Assembly: GCA_965216465.1 (NCBI GenBank)
Contig: CBDCFW010000006.1
Coordinates: forward strand, 480,001-544,000
Source: Bacteroidia bacterium
GTDB lineage: Bacteria > Bacteroidota > Bacteroidia > NS11-12g > UBA9320
Direction: 5' to 3'
DNA: 64,000 nt
Both the position numbers and the translations under genes were made by a program. Under the pieces are notes generated by a model. The model was not told where the DNA came from, searched no databases, and saw nothing but the letters and a program-made list of their open reading frames with translations. Positions 30,525-38,989 of this stretch are shown here, piece after piece; the stretch's first letter is position 1; the number at the start of each line of letters is the position of its first letter.

Positions 30525-31970
30525 TTAATAGATAACTGTAACTACTCCAGACTTGGTAATTTTTTGTCTGGTTCTAAAGTATACAGTGATGATATAGAAG
30601 TAAGATTCTTGCTCAACTAAAAGAGAATCATATAATCCATCCCAATGAACTTCTTGTCCGTTTTCTTCATAAATTACTTGACCAAAACGATTGAATATCT
30701 GCATGTTAACGCTTGTTATATCACAATTATAGACCGGCACAAAAACATCGTTTCTGTTGTCATTATTTGGAGTAAAAGCCGAAGGTACGAAGTAATTGCA
30801 ATTGCAATCCGAAACTTCAACTAAGGCCGTGTCTGCACTAAACCCACATTGATTCTGAAGATGCACCCAGTAAAGTCCAGAATCTGAAAAACGATTGATA
30901 AATTCATTGCTTCCATCGTTCCAAAGAACATTTAAGTCATCGCCTTCTACCTTAAAATAACTATCCGCTCCCTCACAGAGTAATACATCCTCTCCAAGAT
31001 TAGCTTCTGGTGCTCGAATCTGGCGAAGATTTACCTCTTCTCGCACGGTACATCCCTCTTTGCTTAAATCGACCCACTTATTGCCTCCTTCGATGAACCT
31101 TCCAATGCTATCATTCGATCCATTGAACCAATTGTATTGCATTCCTGAATAGCTCATTTTACGAACAACGGTATCTCCTAAACAAAATGTAGTATCATTC
31201 CCTAGGGGATTGAATGGAAAATCTACCTTTCCTATAACAACCGTATCGCGATCATAAAAACACGGTGTTTCTATGCGAACAAAATACACACCAGGTTGAT
31301 CGACTTGAAGAACGCTATCTTCACTTCCGTCTGACCACTCATAGGTAGCATCAAGCGTTGAGGCGTTTAATGTAATAGGCTCATCAGGACACAACTTTTG
31401 ATCCGGTCCTAAATTCACCGTTGGGGTGTCGCAAGGAAACGGCTCCAATATGAATCGCAGTTTTCCATAGTCATCAGAATTCTCAGCGCTCTTTTGCCTT
31501 ACTCCTATACGACTACTTCCTGCACCGGTTATTTCGTAGTTATAAACGTGATTTGCCTGAAAGCTCTCTTTATTTACCGGATGAAACCAGGTCTTTCCTT
31601 CGTCAAGGCTAATTTCAAATCGAGTAGTTCGTTCAGGTAAAGTTTTGCCGCTGCAATACGAACTATTTGGAAGGGCAAAGGTGTATTCAAAATCGTAGCC
31701 TACAGTACCTGTTTGAGCTCCATTCTTTGAATGATATCGAGCATCGGTTTCGGGTTTACCACAAGGGTCAGTCCAAAAAGAAGGTGCCCATATACTGTAG
31801 GTTCCTTCAACTATGAGGTTGTATTTCTTGCCTTTGTTGGCAACAAAACCGTACCAATATTCTTGAATCTGGGTATCGTCGGCGTTCTGAGTGTCAAAGT
31901 AAAATTCTGTTTGTGCCGTACTTGCAAGTACCGCCAAAACAGCAATTAAAGACCCCAAAATTCGCTTCAT
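30525..31970 (-). CDS. T9SS type-B (gliding-motility-associated CTD) protein
   Basis: FVPSAFTPNNDNRNDVF..IFNRFG..WDG C-terminus; LGxDxxLC repeats. Confidence 0.85.
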   Translation of the reverse strand: MKRILGSLIAVLAVLASTAQTEFYFDTQNADDTQIQEYWYGFVANKGKKYNLIVEGTYSIWAPSFWTDPCGKPETDARYHSKNGAQTGTVGYDFEYTFALPNSSYCSGKTLPERTTRFEISLDEGKTWFHPVNKESFQANHVYNYEITGAGSSRIGVRQKSAENSDDYGKLRFILEPFPCDTPTVNLGPDQKLCPDEPITLNASTLDATYEWSDGSEDSVLQVDQPGVYFVRIETPCFYDRDTVVIGKVDFPFNPLGNDTTFCLGDTVVRKMSYSGMQYNWFNGSNDSIGRFIEGGNKWVDLSKEGCTVREEVNLRQIRAPEANLGEDVLLCEGADSYFKVEGDDLNVLWNDGSNEFINRFSDSGLYWVHLQNQCGFSADTALVEVSDCNCNYFVPSAFTPNNDNRNDVFVPVYNCDITSVNMQIFNRFGQVIYEENGQEVHWDGLYDSLLVEQESYFYIITVYFRTRQKITKSGVVTVIY

Positions 31971-31982
31971 CGAAAAACAAAG

Positions 31983-32981
31983 TTACTTCTTCATATCCAA
32001 AGCAACATCAACGATCATATCCTCTTGACCTCCCACCATGTTTCTTCGGCCCAGTTCATTCAAGATATCTCGTGTATCAAGGCCATATTTCTGAGCAGCT
32101 CTTTCACTGTGCAATAGGAAGCTAGAATAAACACCAGCGTAGCCTAAACTTAGTGTTTCTCGATCTACTCGTACCGGTCTTTCTTGCAATGGACGAATTA
32201 CGTCATCCGCCAAATCCATCAACTTGAAAAGATCAGAACGATGTTCAGCATTCATTTTATTTAAGGTAGCGATTAGCACTTCTAGAGGACAGTTTCCTGC
32301 ACCGGCACCCATACCCGCCAACGATGCATCTAAACGAGTTGCCCCATGCTGCATAGCAACAATGGTATTTGCAACACCAAGTCCTAAGTTATGATGACAA
32401 TGGATACCTAGCTCGGTTTTATCATCCAGAACATCCTTAAATGCTTTTATTCTGTCTGCCACATCATCCATTAGTAGAGCTCCGGCACTATCTGTAACAT
32501 AAACACAATCAGCACCATAGCTTTCCATTAGTTTGGCTTGTTCAGCAAGCTTAGTTGGTTCATTCATATGAGCCATCATCAAGAAACCTCCTACATCCAT
32601 TCCTAGGTTTTTAGCGGCTTCAATATGTTGCTGTGAGATATCGGCTTCGGTACAATGTGTTGCCACTCGAACACTTCTAACCCCAAGTTCGTAAGCTTTT
32701 TTGAGGTCTTCAATTGTACCAATACCCGGAATTAAAAGTGTGGTTAGAACGGCATGGTTCAAACGTTCCGCAACACCTTCCAACCAGTCCCAATCTGTAT
32801 GAGCTCCAAAACCGTAGTTGAAAGAACCTCCTGAAAGTCCATCGCCGTGTGCGACCTCAATGGCATCAACACCAGCGTCGTCTAAAGCTATTGCAAGATC
32901 TTTTAATTGTTGTTTTCCATATTGATGACGGATGGCATGCATTCCGTCTCGAAGCGTTACATCTTGTATATACAATTTCAT
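31983..32981 (-). CDS. mhpE: 4-hydroxy-2-oxovalerate aldolase (DmpG/MhpE)
   Basis: [26 protein letters not shown] and VGGQEDMI. Confidence 0.95.
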   Translation of the reverse strand: MKLYIQDVTLRDGMHAIRHQYGKQQLKDLAIALDDAGVDAIEVAHGDGLSGGSFNYGFGAHTDWDWLEGVAERLNHAVLTTLLIPGIGTIEDLKKAYELGVRSVRVATHCTEADISQQHIEAAKNLGMDVGGFLMMAHMNEPTKLAEQAKLMESYGADCVYVTDSAGALLMDDVADRIKAFKDVLDDKTELGIHCHHNLGLGVANTIVAMQHGATRLDASLAGMGAGAGNCPLEVLIATLNKMNAEHRSDLFKLMDLADDVIRPLQERPVRVDRETLSLGYAGVYSSFLLHSERAAQKYGLDTRDILNELGRRNMVGGQEDMIVDVALDMKK

Positions 32982-32990
32982 GGCGTTCTT

Positions 32991-33905
32991 TTAATTTCTC
33001 ATCATTTTTTCTCCAACTGCAAGTGCGGCACTTGTCATAATATCTAAGTTTCCTGCATACTCAGGAAGGTAATGTCCGGCTCCAACCACTTTCAATAAAA
33101 CTGTGGTTTTAAGCCCTGATTTATATCCAATCCCTTCAATAAATACTGGTTCATCTTCTGGAATATCGTCGAATTGAACTTCTTGGTGCAGCTCGTAACC
33201 CGGAACATACTTTTGAACCTCCGCAACCATATCATGAACACTTTTACGAATGGCTTCTCTATCAGCTTGCTCGCTTAGTGTAAAAACCGTGTCGCGCATA
33301 ACCAATGGTGGTTCTGCAGGGTTCAAAATAATTATTGCTTTACCACGTGTAGCTCCACCGACCTTCTCAATTGCTTCAGAAGTGGTTTCGGTAAACTCAT
33401 CGATGTTTGCTCGGGTACCTGGTCCTGCAGACTTGCTTGCAATTGACGCAACAATCTCACCATAATGTACTTTAGCAACCCGGCTAACAGCTGCCACCAT
33501 AGGAATTGTAGCTTGACCACCGCAGGTAACCATATTTACATTTTGCTCATTCAAATTGAACTCCATATTAACGGCAGGAACTACATAAGGCCCAATTGCT
33601 GCAGGAGTTAGGTCAACCATTTTCTTCTCTGGAAATGCTTCTAACTTACCAAAGTTATAGTGATGAGCCTTTGCCGATGTTGCATCAAAAATTACATCAA
33701 TCTCATTCCAGATTGGCATATTTATTAATCCATCGATTCCTTCATGCGTAACTTCAACACCCATGCGTTTTGCACGAGCTAATCCGTCTGAATTAGGGTC
33801 GATACCAACCATGCACCCTATTTCAATAGTATCGGAAGTTCGCATGATTTTAATCATCAAGTCTGTTCCAATATTACCGCTTCCTATTATTGCTGCTTTT
33901 TTCAT
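32991..33905 (-). CDS. mhpF: Acetaldehyde dehydrogenase, acylating (DmpF/MhpF)
   Basis: [23 protein letters not shown] and [13 protein letters not shown]. Confidence 0.95.
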   Translation of the reverse strand: MKKAAIIGSGNIGTDLMIKIMRTSDTIEIGCMVGIDPNSDGLARAKRMGVEVTHEGIDGLINMPIWNEIDVIFDATSAKAHHYNFGKLEAFPEKKMVDLTPAAIGPYVVPAVNMEFNLNEQNVNMVTCGGQATIPMVAAVSRVAKVHYGEIVASIASKSAGPGTRANIDEFTETTSEAIEKVGGATRGKAIIILNPAEPPLVMRDTVFTLSEQADREAIRKSVHDMVAEVQKYVPGYELHQEVQFDDIPEDEPVFIEGIGYKSGLKTTVLLKVVGAGHYLPEYAGNLDIMTSAALAVGEKMMRN

Positions 33906-33907
33906 TT

Positions 33908-34684
33908 CTAGTTTATCGTTACTGATACTTTTCCAAGACCTTCGATATCTGCCTCAAAATGGTCTCCTTTTTCAATAGGCACCATTGGACCGAGTGCTCC
34001 AGATAGTAAAACTTCACCTGCCTTTAGCGGCGTTCCGTTCTTAGCCATTATTTGAGCTAACCATAAGGCTGCATTTAGTGGATTATCCATACAAGCCTTT
34101 CCTGTTCCTTGCGATGCAATTTCTCCATTTTTAGTCATGCTCATGGCACAGTTCACTAAGTCTAAATCGTTGATTTTCAACCTTTTTTCACCTAATACAA
34201 AATGACTTGCACTTGCATTATCAGCAATGGTATCTGTGATACGAATATCCCAGTTCTCCACTCTGCTTCCCACCAATTCGATAGACGCCATTGCGTAATC
34301 AATTGCATCGACTAAAGAATCCATTGTAATGTTTTCAGACAAGTCTTTCTTCATTACAAAAGCAATTTCTGCCTCGGCTTTGGGTTGCATCATATTTTCG
34401 AAAGCCAGGCTTCCTCCGTTAGCCACTTCGGTCGAGTCGAACAGCATTCCATAATCCGGCTGATCTACACCCAATTGCTCTTGAACGGCAAATGAGGTTA
34501 AACCAATTTTCTTGCCTACTATCTTTTCGCCTCGCTGGACGCGCTTCTCTACATTTATCTGTTGCACTTTATACGCAGAATCAATATCCGTTGCACCAAT
34601 AAATGTTCTTACTGGAGCTACGGTCTGTTTAGATTCTGCCGAGTTCCAAAGTGAGTCAGCTGCTTGTTCTATTTGGTTTTGCAT
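33908..34684 (-). CDS. mhpD: 2-keto-4-pentenoate hydratase family
   Basis: [26 protein letters not shown] and LSGALGPM. Confidence 0.88.
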   Translation of the reverse strand: MQNQIEQAADSLWNSAESKQTVAPVRTFIGATDIDSAYKVQQINVEKRVQRGEKIVGKKIGLTSFAVQEQLGVDQPDYGMLFDSTEVANGGSLAFENMMQPKAEAEIAFVMKKDLSENITMDSLVDAIDYAMASIELVGSRVENWDIRITDTIADNASASHFVLGEKRLKINDLDLVNCAMSMTKNGEIASQGTGKACMDNPLNAALWLAQIMAKNGTPLKAGEVLLSGALGPMVPIEKGDHFEADIEGLGKVSVTIN

Positions 34685-34687
34685 AAT

Positions 34688-34736
34688 AAAAAATGGTTGC
34701 GAATTTGAATATCGAGACTCAAACCCACAACCATTT
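34688..34736 (-). terminator. Long hairpin plus U-run between hppD and mhpD
   Basis: Minus strand aaatggttgtgggtttgagt-ctcgat-attcaaattcgcaaccattt(ttt): a 20-bp stem completed by G.U pairs. Confidence 0.65.
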
Positions 34737-34756
34737 GAATTGATTAGTTTATAAGG

Positions 34757-35911
34757 CTATAAGGTGCCTCTTAGTTCTTGTTCTCTTTCTATGGCTTCAA
34801 ATAAAGCTTTAAAGTTACCTTTTCCAAAAGAGGTTGCTCCTTTTCTTTGGATAATTTCAAAGAATAAAGTTGGTCTTGGCTCGATCGGTTTGGTAAAGAT
34901 TTGAAGTAAATATCCCTCATCATCACGGTCAATTAAAATACCCAATTCACGAAGTGGTTCTAAGTCTTCTTCAATTTCACCTACTCTATCTAAAACTACA
35001 TCGTAGTACGTGTCTGGCACTCTTAAGAACTCAACACCTCTGTTGCGTAATTCGGTAACGGTGTGAATGATATTATCAGTTGCAACGGCTACGTGTTGGA
35101 CACCTGGCCCCTCGTAGAAGTCTAAATATTCTTCAATCTGAGATTTCTTCTTTCCGTCGGCAGGTTCGTTGATTGGGAACTTAATTCTACCGTTTCCGTT
35201 GCTCATTACCTTACTCATAAGCGCAGTGTAATCGGTTGAGATATCTTTATCATCAAACGAAATAATTTGAGCAAATCCAAGAACTTCTTTGTAGTAGTTT
35301 ACCCACTCGTTCATTTTGCCTAGCTCAACATTTCCTACCATGTGATCAATGTATTTTAGGCCAATTTCTGTTGGATGATATGCTGATTCCCAAGCCTTAA
35401 ACCCAGGAAGGAAGGTACCATTGTAATCGTTTCTTTCGATGAACATATGAATGGTTTCACCGTAAGTATAAATTCCTGCTTTAACAATTTTACCATCTTT
35501 ATCTTCTTCAACAGTAGGAGCTAAAAAGTGTTTTCCTCCTCGTGCAACAGCTTCATTGTATGCTTTAGTTGCGTCGGGAACCCAAAGTGCAACAACCTTT
35601 ACACCATCTCCATGTTTTTCAATGTGTTGACCCATTTCGGTGCCGCTCTTTAAAGGAGAAGTAAGCACAAGTCTTATTTTATCTTGAACAACAACGTAAC
35701 TTTCGTAGTCTTGAACTCCAGTTTCTAATCCTGCATAGGCTAAATCTTGAAATCCGAAAGCGGTTTTATAAAAATGTGCTGCTTGCTTAGCGTTGCCAAC
35801 ATATAACTCGACATAGTCAGTGCCGAGAATTGGCATAAAGTCTTTTGCTTCGTCGTATAATTTTGGAAGCTCAATTGTATTTGGATTCATGGTTGGTTTC
35901 TTTGCGGACAA
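34757..35911 (-). CDS. hppD: 4-hydroxyphenylpyruvate dioxygenase
   Basis: HGDGVK, IDHMVGNV, KFPINEP, GVQHVA and FFEIIQRKGATSFGKGNFKALF; true start may be slightly downstream. Confidence 0.95.
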   Translation of the reverse strand: MSAKKPTMNPNTIELPKLYDEAKDFMPILGTDYVELYVGNAKQAAHFYKTAFGFQDLAYAGLETGVQDYESYVVVQDKIRLVLTSPLKSGTEMGQHIEKHGDGVKVVALWVPDATKAYNEAVARGGKHFLAPTVEEDKDGKIVKAGIYTYGETIHMFIERNDYNGTFLPGFKAWESAYHPTEIGLKYIDHMVGNVELGKMNEWVNYYKEVLGFAQIISFDDKDISTDYTALMSKVMSNGNGRIKFPINEPADGKKKSQIEEYLDFYEGPGVQHVAVATDNIIHTVTELRNRGVEFLRVPDTYYDVVLDRVGEIEEDLEPLRELGILIDRDDEGYLLQIFTKPIEPRPTLFFEIIQRKGATSFGKGNFKALFEAIEREQELRGTL

Positions 35912-35939
35912 AGGTAGTTTTTTTGCCTAAAAATGGCCA

Positions 35940-36386
35940 CTATTCTCGGCTTTTAGAGTCTATGAATATGGTTACTGGCCCATCATTCACAAGATGAATC
36001 TGCATATGTGCACCGAAAACTCCAGTTTGTACATTGCAATGTTGTTGGGCTAGCTTTATAAACTGCTCATACAACGGAATAGCGGTTTCAGGTCTAGCCG
36101 AGCGTATAAACGACGGGCGATTCCCTTTTTTCGTACTGGCATGCAAGGTAAATTGACTAACGGCCATCAGACTTCCGTTTACATCTTTCAAACTGAGATT
36201 CATTTTTCCTTCCTGGTCAGAAAAAATGCGCATTTGCACTATTTTGTTGACCATGTATTGCACATCATCATTTTGATCGTCATGTTCAATACCTAGCAGC
36301 ACTACCAATCCATGCTCAATTGATGAATACTCTTTGCCTTCAATATCTAGGCTTGCTGAAGATACTCGTTGAATAATAGCTCGCAC
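35940..36386 (-). CDS. dtd: D-aminoacyl-tRNA deacylase
   Basis: MRAIIQRV, SQFTL, KKGNRPSF and NDGPVT. Confidence 0.95.
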   Translation of the reverse strand: MRAIIQRVSSASLDIEGKEYSSIEHGLVVLLGIEHDDQNDDVQYMVNKIVQMRIFSDQEGKMNLSLKDVNGSLMAVSQFTLHASTKKGNRPSFIRSARPETAIPLYEQFIKLAQQHCNVQTGVFGAHMQIHLVNDGPVTIFIDSKSRE

Positions 36387-36419
36387 CGTGGCAAGGTATT
36401 GTTATCGAAGAATTTATAC

Positions 36420-36446
36420 AAAAAAATCCGCCCCAAATGGGACGGA
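36420..36446 (-). terminator. Intrinsic terminator
   Basis: Minus strand tccgtccc-attt-ggggcgga followed by T7. Confidence 0.7.
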
Positions 36447-36447
36447 C

Positions 36448-36516
36448 TTATGAAGTTAACAGAACGTACAGGGGAGTCAACTTATGCTGAGTAGTAGAGT
36501 AGCATGCATCACTCAT
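36448..36516 (-). CDS. Candidate 22-aa small ORF (or sRNA)
   Basis: MSDACYSTTQHKLTPLYVLLTS*, with an A-rich pre-ATG context; the stop abuts the terminator. Confidence 0.35.
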   Translation of the reverse strand: MSDACYSTTQHKLTPLYVLLTS

Positions 36517-36652
36517 GTTTTGTTGTCAGCAAACTTCGATGCAACAAGTTGATGAATTTGTAGTAAAATTTCTACATCATTAAGTTTGGATGTAACACGT
36601 TGATTTTCAACGATTTTAAATCGCCAATTAGAAAAACTTTTTGTGTGAAGAT

Positions 36653-37018
36653 CTACTCTTCTGTCTTCTCTCGATAGTCAAGAAAAATGATAATGCATGC
36701 AAGCTGATTATCAGAAAGGTCTTCTAAACGACCGTGGGTATCAGAGTTGTTCATGTGCCAGCGCAAGTTATAATCACGCAGCTCATTCTTACTAAAGTTA
36801 GGGATTGAAGATTTACCTTTATGTGTAATACCATGACAGGTTCCGCAATACTTTTTGTACTCGCGCAAACCAACTTCAGCCATTTCTGCATACTCTTCAA
36901 TTTGAGCTTCCGACGCTCCTTCAGGCCAATTGTATTGTGGCACGTAAGTCTTTGTTTTGCAATTTTGAGCAAGAATTGCAATTAGAGTAATGGCTGAAAT
37001 GATGATTCCCTTTTTCAT
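36653..37018 (-). CDS. c-type cytochrome lipoprotein
   Basis: Signal peptide ending AQNC; CGTCH heme motif. Confidence 0.72.
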   Translation of the reverse strand: MKKGIIISAITLIAILAQNCKTKTYVPQYNWPEGASEAQIEEYAEMAEVGLREYKKYCGTCHGITHKGKSSIPNFSKNELRDYNLRWHMNNSDTHGRLEDLSDNQLACIIIFLDYREKTEE

Positions 37019-38908
37019 TTAATATTCGGTTTTGCGTTTTTTAAGTTTCCATCGTCCTCGAGGTAACTTCATATCTTTTGTTTCTAATTCGTAGCCTTCA
37101 TCCAATGCCTTTAAAAAAGTAACGACTTTAGCAATTTCATCTTTCGTAAGGTTCAACTTTTCGCTGTTAAGTGTCTGATTATCTACAACTAACCCCTTGC
37201 CAGCCCCTCCTCCTTCGTTGTAAAAATCAACAACTTCTTCGAGCGTTTCAAAAACCCCATTGTGCATGTAAGGCTGAGTGCAAGATAAGTTTCTTAATGT
37301 AGGTGTACGAAAAGCATTGGTCATTTCTGCTACGTTATGTACATCGCCCCTGCCCAAATCTTCGCTCAAAGCTGAAAATAAAGTATCTTTAGGAGTCCCA
37401 ATAACTTCAAATTCTGACCCTACATAAGGAGGTTTAACACCATTAAATTCGGGTAAGAAATGACAGGTGCCGCATTCTGCTTTGCTCATAAATAAATTGT
37501 AACCCTGCTGAACCTCGTTAGGTAACTCAATTTCATTGTTTATCACTTGATCAAATGGAGCTTTACGTTCATCAAAGCTGCTGTAATAGTAAATTAATGC
37601 TGAATAAATATGGTCTACAGATAGCTCATCATTCAACACCTTGCTGCTTAAGTATTTGAACTCTTTGCGGTAATGCTTAATCTTCATTACCTCTTTAAAA
37701 ACCTCACCTTTTGTACTTCCCATCTCCTTTTGGTTGTGGATTACATCATTCGCCTGACGCAAGGGGTGAATGTGGCGACCATCGAGCATGAGTAAGTGAT
37801 TATTTAGAACACCCAAAAGTGAAGGAGTATTTCGTTCAAGTCGATTTACACCGTCATAACTCATTGATGTTTTAACCTCATTTTCGGTAAAACAGTCAGA
37901 AGGTTTGTGGCAAGAAATGCAGCTTCGTTGATTATTTCCAGACAGCACCGGATCGTAAAATAACAATTCTCCTAAATCCCAAAGTCGTTGTTTATCAGCG
38001 TCTTGGTCTAAGCCTTTAAATAAGCCCATGGTCTCTTGTGCTCGATACACATTCTGACCGAAAATTGATGTCGCTTGAGGATTCAATGAAAAGTCATTTA
38101 CATTGCTTGTCTTTAAACCAAGGTCTTGTATCCGCCTTTGCACCGCTCCATAAAGTGGATTGATATAATGTCTCAAAAAGATGAAATGGTCGAAGAGCTC
38201 AAAGTCTTTCGGTTGACGCTTCACGAATTGAATTGCTGACTCTAATCCCTCCATGTAAACTTCAGAAAAGCTGTAGGATGGATAATTGTCATTGTATAAA
38301 CTCAGTACTTCATGTGTACTCTCCATCATTGCTTGTAATTCAACTATTACACTGTCCGTATTTGGACATTCGAAACCTGTCGTGTAAATGGAGGCAAGGT
38401 TAAGGAGCCAGAGCCTATTCGCATAATGCATTTGCTGCGGATCATGCTTTATGTAGAAATCTGAAGTATCTGCTATCTGCTTCAATGCCAATAAAGATTG
38501 TTTAAGCAGATTAGCTGCTGAGTCTTTATCGTAGTCTTCTTCAAGATACAATTCGAACAAGGTAAGTCCTGCACCTTTTCGTTCATAGGGGCTTTCCCAT
38601 TTTTCTAACACCTCAACTTCCCACTCTACCGGTAAAGGTGCATTGAGCTTCTTGTAGGCAATAGGATGAAAATAACGTAGCCAGATATCAGCTGCTTTTA
38701 ATGATGTGCGAGCATTGTGAAGTTGATCACGTATTTCTTGCTCAGGTCGTTCATTTTCAACGACTTGCTGTAATTTATAAATGTCAGCAACAACCCGCTC
38801 AAGTGAATTGTAGTACTTTTCAGAGTAGCTGTTTTCCGCCTGTCGTTCATACCGAGCAGAGAGAAAAACAAATCCCAAAAGCGTGATAAGAATGATTGAC
38901 TTTTTCAC
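37019..38908 (-). CDS. Di-heme cytochrome c peroxidase (MauG/CCP family) with N-terminal extension
   Basis: LFYDPVLSGNNQRSCISCH, RNTPSL, CGTCH, FRTPTLRN and PYMHNG. Confidence 0.88.
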   Translation of the reverse strand: MKKSIILITLLGFVFLSARYERQAENSYSEKYYNSLERVVADIYKLQQVVENERPEQEIRDQLHNARTSLKAADIWLRYFHPIAYKKLNAPLPVEWEVEVLEKWESPYERKGAGLTLFELYLEEDYDKDSAANLLKQSLLALKQIADTSDFYIKHDPQQMHYANRLWLLNLASIYTTGFECPNTDSVIVELQAMMESTHEVLSLYNDNYPSYSFSEVYMEGLESAIQFVKRQPKDFELFDHFIFLRHYINPLYGAVQRRIQDLGLKTSNVNDFSLNPQATSIFGQNVYRAQETMGLFKGLDQDADKQRLWDLGELLFYDPVLSGNNQRSCISCHKPSDCFTENEVKTSMSYDGVNRLERNTPSLLGVLNNHLLMLDGRHIHPLRQANDVIHNQKEMGSTKGEVFKEVMKIKHYRKEFKYLSSKVLNDELSVDHIYSALIYYYSSFDERKAPFDQVINNEIELPNEVQQGYNLFMSKAECGTCHFLPEFNGVKPPYVGSEFEVIGTPKDTLFSALSEDLGRGDVHNVAEMTNAFRTPTLRNLSCTQPYMHNGVFETLEEVVDFYNEGGGAGKGLVVDNQTLNSEKLNLTKDEIAKVVTFLKALDEGYELETKDMKLPRGRWKLKKRKTEY

Positions 38909-38989
38909 GAACTATACAAAGAAATCAGAATTATTGAAGCAAGTACTGCAATTCTCACTTAGGTTTCTAAACAAGATTTGGACAACCAA

